NCBI GenBank assembly: GCA_026770705.1 | Contig: JANJGN010000021.1 | Location: 104,966,001-105,030,000, forward strand | DNA length: 64,000 nucleotides | From: Isurus oxyrinchus | Lineage: Eukaryota | Direction of reading: 5' to 3' | Shown: positions 1-12,021 of the stretch, piece by piece | Layout of the letters: each line of letters opens with the position of its first letter | How positions within the stretch are numbered: position 1 is the first letter of the stretch | Notes under the pieces: model-generated | The model's database searches: none | What the model was told of the DNA's origin: nothing | The model's input: the letters and a program-made list of their open reading frames with translations, nothing else | Made by a program: the position numbers and the translations under genes

Positions 1-3000
1 CAGCTGTACTATCCTCTGGTGACTGATCACCAGTAGTGTGGACAGAAGCTGCTGGAGGTTGCCGCATGAACATGCAGAGTACATGAGCAATCAGCCACAA
101 TAAATGCTCTTCTCTGTTCTGCAGGCAAAAACAGAACACAGAACACAACACCAGGGAGCGTTTGTGGACTGGTGGTGGGCACGCCATGCTGCAACATGTC
201 ACCAACTTTGAGGAGCAGGTCATGGAGCTGGGGAGGAGGCAAGTGGCCAGGTCAGCAGGTGTCGGTGAGGCTGGGGTGCAGCGGCCAGGTATTTGAGGCC
301 CATAGTCTCATCCACTCTGTCTTCCCACCATCCAAAGCACTGATGATTGCTGCAATCATTAATGCAGCAACACTACTCATTCACAGAGTGATACAATCAG
401 ATCTGTGGGTCACACACAAAGGTCCCTCAGCCCCTGAGGATGGATGTGTCTAGTAACTTTCAAAATTGCCTTTCCCATTTGTGACCACTATCCCCATGGC
501 CTAACATGCTATGGCATCGCTGATGCACATCCAAATACTTATTGCATCTTCGGAGGGTTTGTACCTCCACCATCCTTTCAGCCAGTGTGTCCCACTTTAC
601 TCTGTCCAAAAGTTCCTCAGCACCTCACCTGTCATGGCACTCAAGTTAAATAAATGCCACCATGTGAGTCATCCCTGCACCAAGGGGAAATGTTGCCTTC
701 TGTCCACCCATTCTATGCCCCTCATAATGGTTTGAATGTCAATAATGTGACCTGTCAATCTCCTGTGCTCCACAGCAAATGTCACAAGTGTCTGCAATGT
801 TTCCTCATAACTCCAACTCTCCAGGCCAGCATGCATCCTGGTCAGGAACATCTGCACTCTCCCCACCCAATGCCATCCCTCCCATGAAGCACAGGTCACA
901 ACTGAACGCAAAAGTGTAGATGTGGCCTCGACAGCATTTTCTGCACTTGCAACATGACCTCCCTTTTCTTACATTCTATTCCCATGCTAATATAGGCAAG
1001 TCTGGTTTTAACCTTGTTAATCGCCTTATGTTCATGTCCTTAATGGGTCTGCCCAGCAAGGTCCTTGCAATCGTCCCGACTTTCCATGGTCCTACCATTT
1101 CTCAAGTATTCCCGTGCCATGGTCAGCTTGCTCAAGTGCTTAACCGCACACTTATCCACATACCATTCCATGTGGCATTCCTTAGGCCATCTGACCAGCC
1201 TTTCTTTATGTGTGTGTAACGTTTGGGCCTTCTTTTGCCTATTTACCACCACACCAATGTTGGTCTCCTTAGGTTCTTGAAGTTTGAGCGTATTATGAGC
1301 CTGGAGGGAAAAGGGATGAAAGTTGTTACTGACTGAACGCTAACTGATGCACTGTCCTAGTTGTTAATTTCAGCATCACCACCGCGTGGCCGCCAATACG
1401 AAGTCCAGAGCCCCTCTCGACACCTGAGGGGCATCACTTGCAACTTGCATCACATCATTTAAGTGAGCCAGGCACCAGCGCAGTGACAAACACATCAGTG
1501 GGGATTATAACATTGGCTAGTGTCCTGGGGCACAGTGGATAGGGCACTTCACAATTGCTGGAGGAGATGACATGGACAGAGAGTGCCGATGATGCCAGCA
1601 GCAGGAGGACTGCAGGGGCTCAGTCACATGCTGACAGCAGAGTCAGCAGGCTGTCTCACAAGCCACTCCAAGCAATGAGGCGACACCCACAAAGGTAAGC
1701 ATAAGGCACGTTAGGAACTCTACGGGTTTCTCACGGGTGCTTTTCTGTTACCCCTAGATTAGGGAATGTTTGATTCTTAACGTCAGAGCGACGTTTGTTC
1801 ATTTTCTTGGAGGCAATAAAGTCCACATTTATGAACTGGGCTGAGGGTGTTTTCTTTGTGCTGCATTTGTCTGTTTCACAGACATATCTTAAGTGTTTAA
1901 GTGGACATTGATGTTGATGTACTAAACCCTTAGTTGCAGCTGATGAGGTGGAAGATGTAGCACCTAAGTGCCACGTGTGGGAGCGCCAGGCAATGCTGGT
2001 CCTGCTGATCCATGTGTGTGGAGCTAGCTGAAGGTTCATTGGATTAAAGTGTCCTGGATGTCCCTGCCTCCTTGATGTAGTCATGGGTCAGCTTGCTGCC
2101 GCTCATTATTTCCCTTTGCTTCCTCATCCTGTGAGCCACTGCTGGATTCATCATGTGCAGCTGCATCCACTGCGTCAAGGTCTTCATCGTCAACTGCATC
2201 TCCCCTTTCCAGTGCAAGGTTGTGCAGAGCGCAGCATGCTACTACTATCAGAGACGTGATCTGGGGGGTACTGGAGCGTGCCCCCTGATCGGTCCAGGCA
2301 TCAGAAGCGCATTTTGAGAAGTCTGATGACTCTCTCCACCACAGCCCTTGTGGTGCCATGGCTCCTATTGTAGTGCTCCTCAGCTTCTGTTCTTGGATGG
2401 CGGAGAGGCATCATGAGCCACTTTCTGAGAGGATAGCCCTTGTCACCCAGCAGCCATCCATGCAGCCAGGCTGGAGCACTGAAGAGCCCCAGTACCTTGG
2501 AGTGTCTGAGGATGTAGACATTGTGCGAGCTGCCTGAGTACCTTACACAAACTTGCACAACCAGCATCCTGTGATCATACGCTATCTAACGTTCATGGAG
2601 TGGAAGCCCTTCCTGTTGATGAAGGCACCGAGCTCACCTGCTGGTGCTTTGATGGCCACATGTGTACAGTCTATTGCACCCTGGACGCTGGGGAAGCCAG
2701 CAATGGCCGCGAAGCCTCTGGCTCGCTGTGCCTGAATTACTGGGTCACAGCGGAAGTGGATGGAGGTCAAAGCACATCTGAACAGAGCGTCTGTAACGTG
2801 CTTGGCACATGTGTGGACAGGTGATTGGGAGAGACTGCAAATTTCACCCGCTGACCCCTGGAAGGAGCCAGATGCATTGAAGTGGAGGGCAACTGTGAGC
2901 TTCAGAGCCACTGGCATGGGGTGTACACCCACACAGTTAGAGGAGATCTCAGGGCCAATCATCTGACAGATATAGTTGACTGTCTCCCTTGACAGTCGGA

Positions 3001-3745
3001 GCCTCCTTCGGCACTGCACCTCAGTCATATTGAGGTAGCTGCTTCATCACCTGAATACCCTGGCAGCAGGATAGTGGTTTCTTCTGTGGCCCTTTCCAAC
3101 TTGGACAACCTCTTGGCCCTGCGCCCCTGTGCCTGCACCTGGCCTCCCAAAGTTGGGTCCCCTGGAGGCTAAGTGTCCACTTCTGGCCTCCTCCTTATTC
3201 TAGCCCTCCCTTCCTCCTCAGAGGAGCTGCCTTCAGCGGAGATGTCAGAACCCATACCCTCAGGCTAAATGGAGGCCTCCAGAAAGCTGCAGGCCCGATA
3301 AAGATTACTGTCTGCAGACTGGTGAGCTGAAACTCCAAAGTACAGAGAAAGCAGTTGCAAATCAATCTGAACTGCTACCAACCACACAGGCAAATTTAAA
3401 ACACTTTCTGCAATAAATACTTCACATAAACCATTAACAACCCCTCTGACCCCACATATCCTGCACCTGGATGAGGTTTGTTAAAAAGGCACTTACTCGC
3501 TGGCCAGTTGTGTCCGTGTGCAGAGCTGAAGATCGTAGAGGCACCTCAAAATCGGCATTGATTGCTGAGTTAAGGGCCTTAACAAGGCCTTTAATTAATG
3601 GCCAGTGTGCCATGCTTCACCGCGCGCCAGCCCAGCTAAATATTGCAATGGCGCCTGCTGACATTGGGATGCTTGCCCATGTCAGCACATGACATTTTAA
3701 GCGCTGACATGTGGGGTCCACCACCTGCACATCATACATAAAACA
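1..3745. mobile_element. Decayed PIF/Harbinger DNA transposon with convergent ORFs: Myb/SANT-like relic on + and transposase on -
   Basis: Minus-strand fragments 2081-3255 encode a HARBI1-type DDE nuclease. The plus strand near 30-200 reads LLEVAA and EHNTRERLWTGGG, typical of Harbinger Myb/SANT ORF2. The left end lies outside the window and the right end is approximate. Confidence 0.8.
2081..3255 (-). pseudogene. Harbinger transposase (HARBI1-like nuclease), broken by stops and frameshifts
   Basis: Motifs GFPSVQGAIDCTHVAI, FINRKGFHSMNV, WLLGDKGYPL and CCALHNLA are spread over ORFs 2582-3028, 2301-2567 and 2081-2359; probable ATG at 3255. Confidence 0.88.
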
Positions 3746-3747
3746 TT

Positions 3748-4747
3748 TGTCATGGCTAATTTTTTAAAATTTTAAAGCCGGACTATGGCCTTTTAAACGT
3801 AGAGCAATAGGAGATAACCTGGCAGCATGAGAGAAATTCTTGTCTCATCATCTCTGAAGAGACCCTAATGACCTCTGTGGACTGCAGAGGCCAAATTCAG
3901 AACGAACTATATCTGCATTTCAGATCCCAGTCTAGCCAACTGGAGTTACTACTCTGCTAGGACAAGGAGACCTGCAACCGTCCTTTCAAATTCTTAATGG
4001 TTGGAACATTAACAATCTCCGGCACCCAGACAAAAAGGTATGCACCCTTTGTCAAAGCCAACGTGGAGAAGGGGGCGTCATATGTCATGAAAATGAGCTA
4101 GTGTAAAATGTACCATTGCCTTGTGGAGCTGCAAAGCAAAGTCTGCCATCCTTCTACCAAGCAGCAGCATAGAAAAGGGGTGCTGCCCTGATTTGAATAC
4201 CTGGCCCCATGGACAATGTCTGAACTGGAACTACTAAACTGCTGTGCCATCGCTGATAGACAATTGATCTCTGCATGCTTATCTCATTGTGGAAGTCATC
4301 ACTCCTGGAAAAATGAATTATCCAGCATTAGTTGTCACCCTGCTGACCTCTGTAAAGGAATGTTCCATAAGACATTTGATTTTGCACTCTGAATTAACAT
4401 GAAAAAAAAAACCTCTTCACTCTGTAGTCTTTGCCCTGTAAATCTTTCTTTCTCCATCCCTCTTTTGTTGTATGATTGTACAGGGGGCTACGAAGCATCT
4501 CCCCACAGCCACCCTGCCAACATACTCAGGTTTTGAGTATGTGCAAATAAGCTAACCCTCTGAGGTAACCGTATCCTGAATTTGATGTGAGATTATTAAT
4601 GGAAATTGGATCACACCAGAACTGAGTGGTTGGTAAATACATCACCACTTATAAAGGCGGAAATCAAAATCAAAGGATCTTTATGTTTATGGGTGGATGG
4701 TGAGAGGAGAAGTCAGGGCTGTTTAAGTTAATACCCCTTCCTGTAAC
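3748..4747. mobile_element. Probable solo LTR
   Basis: ~1 kb non-coding block starting TGTCATG and ending TGTAACA; no target-site duplication (TSD) found. Confidence 0.35.
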
Positions 4748-4749
4748 AA

Positions 4750-7700
4750 GTGGACTATGTGGAACTGTCTTCCATAAAATACAATTAATTAAATACAATC
4801 TGAGATGGAGCCATTTTTGATAGACAAGTGGTTATTGAGGGATACGGAGCCTTGCCAGGTGCATACTGTGAAGGCACAATTTTATATAATGATATAATAA
4901 TATATAATGATCTCATAAAACTGTAGAACAGGCTAGAAGGTCCGAGATATCTACTCCCCTTTCTTTATTCCTTGTGATATTCGATAGCAAACTGTTTACT
5001 ACTAATCATATCGAACTCTACGTCCACTTACATAAGTAACTAGGGAATAGTGAGTCTGAGAAAATATCAAGGACGAAATTGAAGGATTTGGCACACACAC
5101 TTAATGGAAAACCAAAGTCTGCAATGTAGATTTAAGAAGAATGAGTACTTTAACATTCATAATAAGGCCCTCTTTTCCCTCCTTGTTCTGTTTGTGAAGG
5201 CCGGTAAAATGTACAATTTGATCATGAGAATAAAAATCCGATTACCATAAGTGTTTGAAGAGGCACGCCGACTCTACAGACTGGTTAATCGAAACATTGG
5301 TATCTTCTACAATTGGGCAACTAGGAACAACTGCAGATTTACGCACATTCATAGTTAACATGTTGAAGAAGTTTAATCATTAGCAGGGTAATAGAAAACA
5401 AGGTAGTTAGTGTGCTAGATATGGTTTAAAATTGCTAAGTACGAGGCTGGGCTTATGGAGGATCAGGATGTTGAGGCCTTTCAAGTTTCTTCCCACAGGT
5501 TCATCTGATGGTGGCGTACTCGACATGACATGTCTCACAGTTCATTGCCTTCTTCTTCCTCTCTTGTTTTATGTCCACTTTGGCGTAATGCAGGGAAACA
5601 TCTTCAGCACTGCTGAGTTTAGACTGTACCTAATAATCATTGCAATTAGACAATAATTGAGTTAAAAATTAGATTTAATACCTAGTGCAGGTAAATGCAA
5701 CCACACCCATTTGCATGGTCGTAGCATCCTTATGATAGAAATGCTTTCGAAGGAACTTGAATGATGTGTAATAATCAGAAAACGAAAAAGAACGGTGTCT
5801 AGACTAGATGTCGGACAGTTGTGGATGAGTAGAGGCTCAAATGGCATACACATTGAAGTTATCATAGCATCATAGAATGTTTGCAACACAGATGGGAGTT
5901 AACTGGCTCATTGTGTCCATGACGGATCTCTACAAGAGCAACTCAACCAGTAAAACTCCTGCACCCTTTTGCTCTAGCCCTGCAAACATTTTCTCTGCAG
6001 AGAATTATCCAATCTCCCTTTTCAAAGCACGATTGTATTTGCCTTCACCTCATCAGTGCCTTCCCGATTCTAATCACTCCTTCTGTAAATATCTTTTCCC
6101 CCACGTGGCCTTTGTTTCCTTTGCCATTCAGCTGAAATTGGTCTCCTCTGGTTGTCGACTCTGCTGCCAATGGGGACAGTTTCTTCCTATCTACTCTGAC
6201 CAGATCTCTCATAATTTTCGACACCACTATCAAATTTCCTGCCAATCTTGTTCTCTATAAGGGGAAGAGCCCCAGTTTCTTCAATCTCTCCTTGTAAATG
6301 AAATTTCCATTCCTGGATCCTGTCTTGTAAATCTTTTCTGCACCCTCACTAATGCTTTCTCATCCTTCCGAAAGATTGGTGCGCTGAACTAGACATAGTA
6401 CTCCAGTTGAGGCCGAACCCGTGTTTCTCAAATCTTTGCTTTTGTACTCGATATCTCTATTAATAAATACCAGAATCCTGTATGCCTTATTAATATTTTT
6501 CTCAGCCTTTAAGTATTTTAGCACAGGGGCAGTTAAGGGTGGGGAATAAGTGCTGGTCTATCCAGTGGGGGCACGTCCCATGAATGAATAATGGAAAATA
6601 TATACCACCAGATTACTCTGCTGCAGCACCCCCTTTAAAATTTTATGATTTATTTTACATTATCACTCCGCTTTCCTTCTTCCAAAATGCATCACCTCAC
6701 ACTTCACTCATTCAAACATTTCTGCCCTTTCAATCTTCCTATCTCCTCCTGAATTGCAAATCTATCCTCTTTACACTTCACAATATTGCCAAGTGTGGTG
6801 TCGCAATCCCTGGGTAACCCACTATATAACTTCCTCAAGTCTGACAAAAAGAACAGTTCACTATTCTTTTCTGTTTCTTGTCACTCAGTCAACTTTGTAT
6901 ACTTGCTGCTATATTCCTCTTATTGAATGGTTTTCAGTTCTCCTGACAAGCCTGTTAGGTGGTACTTTATCAAAGGCCTTTAGGAAATCTCTGTCTGGCA
7001 CATCAACTGCATAAGCCTCATCAATGATCGCTGTTAACTCATTAAAAAACTCAATCAAGTTAGTTAAACATGTTTAGCCCTGACAGAACCGTGTTAACTT
7101 TCCTGAATTAATCAGTATTTGTCGAAATGATTTAACTTTGCCTTGCATTGTTGTTTTCAGTTGCTTTTCCACCACTGGGGTTAAACTAGTTAACCTATAG
7201 TTGCTGGGCTTCTCCTTGCCCCCACCCCCACCCCCACCCCCACCCCCGACTTTTGAACACCCGTGTGACATTTGCAGTTCTCTGGCCCTCCAACACCGCC
7301 CCTAAAATGGATTGGATGATTATGACCAGTTGCTCCCTTGCATCCCTCACCATTCTCTAATGCAGTTGACTCAGTCCTGGTGTCTGATGAACTTTAATTG
7401 CAGTTAGTTTTTCTCATACCTTCACATGATCAGTATCTAGGCAATCCAATAACTAAACTAACTTCTCTTTCAGTATGGCTTTCTCAACAACTTCCTCTTT
7501 GGTCTGTCGTCATGCCGTCTGTCTCTACGAGTGAGCCTGCTTTTTGGTCCCTAATCGGCCTACTCTCCCTTTTGTCATCGTGTTATTATTTATGTGCCTA
7601 CAGAAAACTTTTGGATTTCCTTCAAAGTTAACAGCTAGTTTTTCCACATACTTGCTACTCTTATTCTTTTCACTTCCCCTCTGAACTTCCTATGTACAGC

Positions 7701-8670
7701 CTTGTTCTCACTTGTATTACCAACCTGAAATCTATTCTACGCAGATTTTTTTCTGCTTCACTTTACTCTCGCTCTCTTCTGCCATCTAGGGAGCACTGGC
7801 TTTCTTTATGCTGTCGTTCCTCCTCTGGGAATGTGCTTTCACTGTACCCAAGCCATATCCTCTTTGAAGGCAGCCCTTTGTTCTGTTACAGATTTGCTTG
7901 CCCAATCAATTAAACTGGGCCAATCCGTTCTCTCCCTATTGCAATTGGTCGTCCTTCAATTACTTTTTGTTCCATCCTGGATTGCCCCTTGACATTTTCC
8001 ATTGCAAGCCTAAGCCTTATGGAATTATGATCACTATTTGCTAAATGTTCGCAAACTGAGATTCACTTTATTTGACCTACCATATTCCCTAGAACCAGAT
8101 ACAGCAATGCCTTGATCGTCATTAGACCGGAAACATGCTGATATCGAACAATTTCCTGAAAACGCTTCATACGTTGTTCCACTTCCCTGCCGTTTACACT
8201 CGCCCAATTCCTGCCAATAGTGCAATGATTAAAACTCCCCATTATTGCCGTTCTGTAGGTTTACGTCTCTCTTTAATTTCCTTACAAATGTTTTTCTTTT
8301 ATATATTCCCCACCAGTCCGACGCCTATAGAATGCACCCACTATTGTAATAATATCTCTATTGTTGCTTATCTCTAACCAAATAGGTAATGTCCTTGACA
8401 CATTTAAGACATTCTCTCTCTCTAACGGTGGAACGTTCTCCTCAAATTATATTGCTCCTCCTGCCGTTGTTTCCCTATCTTCCCTGAACTCTCTGTATCC
8501 AGCAATATCTAGTGCCATCTTTGGCTCGATCTCCGTTATCGCCACAGCATCATATTCCCACGACAGCGCTTGCAATTCACCAACATTATTTACCACACTC
8601 TGCGCATTCACGCACAAGAACAGTGAACCTAATTTAGATATTACTGCATTCCTAGTGAATCTGACCCCGC
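4750..8670. mobile_element. Nested, degraded CR1-clade LINE fragments (mostly minus strand)
   Basis: RT-like remnants (KEKPSNYRLTSLTPVVEKQL at ~7074-7271) and CR1 3' motifs at 5870-6500. Confidence 0.7.
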
Positions 8671-9169
8671 TGATGTGGTCAGCGAAGGGCAGCCGTTACG
8701 AGAGATGTCCTGGTTAAATTAGATGATTGTAATTGAGCTAAGGAAGCACAACCCCACGCCGCTGAACAGTAGTGGAAATATTGGAGGAAGAACCATGTGA
8801 TAGACGTGTCACAACTTGCAGGGAGGAAAAATAACACATATATTCAAATTGGCGCAGAATGTGTCACGTCATTTGGGTCGGGGTCGATTTCATTGTGGCA
8901 GAGACAAATCCAAATTTGAGGGGTGACGGGTTCAGATCTGGGAGGCGACAGTACGTTAAGAGCCTGAATGAGGAAAGGAAGTTGGAAGATGGAACATTCG
9001 TTCGAAAGGGTAACGATGTCAAAGATACACTGCAACAACTCGCTGTGGCTTCTCTCAGCCCCTCCTAATACTGCGCCCTCTATCACTTAGAAGAAGGATA
9101 GCATGCGCACAGAAACACCACCGTCTCCAAGCTCGCCTCCAGGGTTATTAGCTGAAAGGTGCAAGTCCA

Positions 9170-10095
9170 GGTGGGATAGACGGACAAAGGGAGTCCAAAG
9201 ACATCAATCACTAAAGGATGCATAGCAAGATGGTAAGAAAGTAAACTAAGTAGATAGGATTGAAAAGTAGGGAATTGATGTGAATTCGGCCTCGAACATT
9301 AATTAGACCACACTTAAGAGTACAAAGTACAGCTGGTAGCCATATTATAAACAGGATATAGAGGCAGTGAAGAGCGCGCAGTGACGATTTACCAGGATTA
9401 TACAAGAAATGTGCAGAAATATAGATATCAGGAAGGGATTAACATGCGGGGCCTCTTTTCTCTTGATTTTGACGGAGTGGATACATAGAGAACATATATA
9501 ATAATACGAACTATGGATTATGAGCACGAGTTGGCCATTCGGCTCCTTGAGCCTTCTCCACCATTCAATAAGATGATGGCTGATCTGATTGTGGTCTGAA
9601 CGCCACTATCCCACATACCAAAATGCACTTTGATTCCCTTGTTAGTCAAGAAACTGTCTATCGTTGTCTTACAAATAGTCAATGGCCCTGCCTCTACCAC
9701 TTCGGAGAAAAGAGTTCCACAGGCTCACGACCCTCTTACTGAAAACAAATCTCTTCCTTTCCGTATTAAATGGGAGACATCTGACTCTTAAACCATTCCC
9801 CCTGCTTTCTAATCTCTCCCACAAGGGGAAACATCCTTTCCGAGTACACCCTGGGAAGACTCAGGATCTTGTAAGTTTCAGTAAGGTCACCTCTCAAAGT
9901 GGATAAGGATCCAACCTGTTCAACCTTTCCTCATAAGATAACCCCTTCATCTCAGGAATCAGTCGAGTGAACCTTCTCTGCTTCTAATGCAATTATACAC
10001 TTACTGAAATAAGGAGTCATGAATTGTACAAAGCACCATAGGTATGGTCTCACAAAAGCCCTGTACAACTGTATCAAAACATTCCTACTTTTACT
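9170..10095. mobile_element. CR1 3' fragments in both orientations
   Basis: Typical CR1 3' RT/UTR sequence (GGCCATTCGGCTCCTTGAGCC...ATAAGATGATGGCTGATCTGATTG). Confidence 0.7.
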
Positions 10096-10096
10096 G

Positions 10097-10480
10097 CCAT
10101 GGAGAATGCACCAGTTGATGGTGACTGACTGTTAACTCCCAAACATTTTTTAAAATTTAATTCAGGCAGTTTGACTCTGATTCCCCAAGGCATTGCCCTG
10201 AGGAATGAACCAAACATGGGTGGCGCTTATTTTGTTTAGCTGAAACAGGTGCAATATGTGTACATGTTCTTTTGTCTGCAAAGAACAGGGCCTTGTGCAT
10301 TAATCTATGTAGCTTCCAGTACACGCAAGTGCAACACACTGCAAGCCCGGCTGACAATCTTAAATTGGTTATCAACTTAATTCTTAGTGCACTGTGGATT
10401 ATTGAGCAAATGTTGTCCAATCATACCTAACATCGGGCGCAGTGTTTGAGTTTTGCAAGCACGAGCTGGTTTGGTAAGAT
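10097..10480 (-). mobile_element. Penelope-like element 3' fragment
   Basis: Reverse complement matches the GIY-YIG-end sequence at 11560-11750 (…ACCAATTTAAGATTGTCAGCCGGGCT…). Confidence 0.7.
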
Positions 10481-10719
10481 CCGTACCTTGCCTGTTGCGA
10501 AATATTTCCGCATCATCAAAGGCGCATCAAAGCCCTGCTGCGGGATAATGGTCTGACTGGTTTCTGCAAAGGAAAGTACAGCCTTTGGGATTTTATGGTG
10601 TCAAGTTACATCTGAAAATAATTAACTAATCTGGTTGTACACCTCGTGCCTTATTGAACTTAAGAAGTGAAGGTGCAGGCCATACAAGAGGATAAGCTGG
10701 AATAATAAATTATTAAGTT

Positions 10720-11116
10720 TTTATTGGGTAGAAAGGCACCAAATGGAAATTGTCTATTTTAAGGTATTAACTTTTCATAGAGTTGCCAAATTGGAAATGC
10801 TCCTAAAGAATTGTCAGACAAATAGTTTGTAATAAGTAGAGAAAAGACACCACAGTAGGGTATGATTTGATACACCACCACAAATCATACATGTAATGTT
10901 TGTGTTCATGAAGAAGACAAACGTTAATTCTATCCAATAAAACACATTGCCACAATAGCAGCCCATTGTATGATCCAATATTTCCGGGTCGACTGCAATA
11001 TAATGCTGCGCAAGATGAATTTTTCTCTACTGTGATTGAAGAACACATAGACAGACAAAGTTCTGAAGATGAACCATGAAAGGTGCCAGTCTGTCTTTCA
11101 TGCGACTTTGATGATG
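10720..11116 (-). other. Gene 1 candidate terminal exon / 3' UTR with polyA signal
   Basis: Acceptor CACCCAATTTCAG at 11117; AATAAA on the minus strand at 10720-10725; unique non-repeat sequence. Confidence 0.45.
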
Positions 11117-11179
11117 CTGAAATTGGGTGGATCAAAGACATCCAGCGGGACAATGTTGACCAAGTTCAGATCACTTGGC

Positions 11180-11755
11180 ACTGCCTATTATGCAAACACA
11201 TGAACAGGCCTAAGGCCATCATTCTCTGCCCTGAGAAGTGCCTAGTCTACCTCAGATTACCCTGGAAGTATAAGGTGTCTCAAAATGTTTCAGCAACAGG
11301 TGAATCTACTTGTTTCACGCTGCTACAATGCAGTAGCAACACGAGCGGTATTCACCACAACAGGATGCTGCCGCTACGCAAAATGAAAAGCCGTTCTGCC
11401 TATAACCCAAATGTGCAATGTTGTATATGAATTTCAGTGCCTTACGTCCCAAAGACTGACGGATCGTGTCAAACAGCATGTCCCTTCCACTGTTCGCAAC
11501 AGGCAAGGTATCCAACCAGTCCATGCTTGCAAAACTCAAACACAGTGTGCAGCATTAGATGTGATTCGGCGATTGCACGACACTTGCTAACTAATCCTCA
11601 GTGTGCTAAAAATTACACTGACAACCAATTTAAAATTGTCAGTCGGGCTGACAGGTGAGGTGCATTTGCGTGTACTGGAAGCTACAGAGATGATGCACAG
11701 GGCCAGGCAGAAAGAACATGTACACACATTGCACCTGTTTCAAACAAAATAAGTG
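11180..11755 (+). mobile_element. Penelope-like element fragment (RT C-terminus and GIY-YIG remnant)
   Basis: CPEKCLVYLRLPWK, YEFQC and CDSAIARHLLTNPQCAKNYTDNQFKIVSRA motifs. Confidence 0.75.
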
Positions 11756-11820
11756 ACAAAATACGTGTCGAAGTCTACTTTGTCAATCTCACAGTTTACA
11801 ACCTCTGTAACTGACCTTAC

Positions 11821-11875
11821 CGATTCAATACTGCATTGTATTTTGTGGGGCGACTTGGATGTTGTGGGTCAATGT
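11821..11875 (-). other. Gene 1 candidate downstream exon (alternative coding or 3' UTR)
   Basis: Acceptor CTTCCCAATAG and donor GTAAGG; in phase 1 it reads IDPQHPSRPTKYNAVLNR. Confidence 0.5.
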
Positions 11876-12021
11876 CTATTGGGAAGCTATGAACCTTTAG
11901 AGTCAAAAGGGAGAGGAGCCTTTCAGCCCGTTAGTCTGGACGAGAAATGATACAGGACATAAAGTGAAGCCGCTCGTCTCCTTACGCATTATTATTTCTT
12001 GTGATCACGTCTGGTTTCACT

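Noticed and set aside
2081-3255. Host HARBI1 gene
   Set aside because: Multiple frameshifts and stops, plus an adjacent Myb/SANT relic, indicate a dead transposon.
10803-11153. 116-aa ORF as a long cytoplasmic tail of gene 1
   Set aside because: Composition is UTR-like, and the best-supported upstream exon chains enter this exon in other frames or after a stop.
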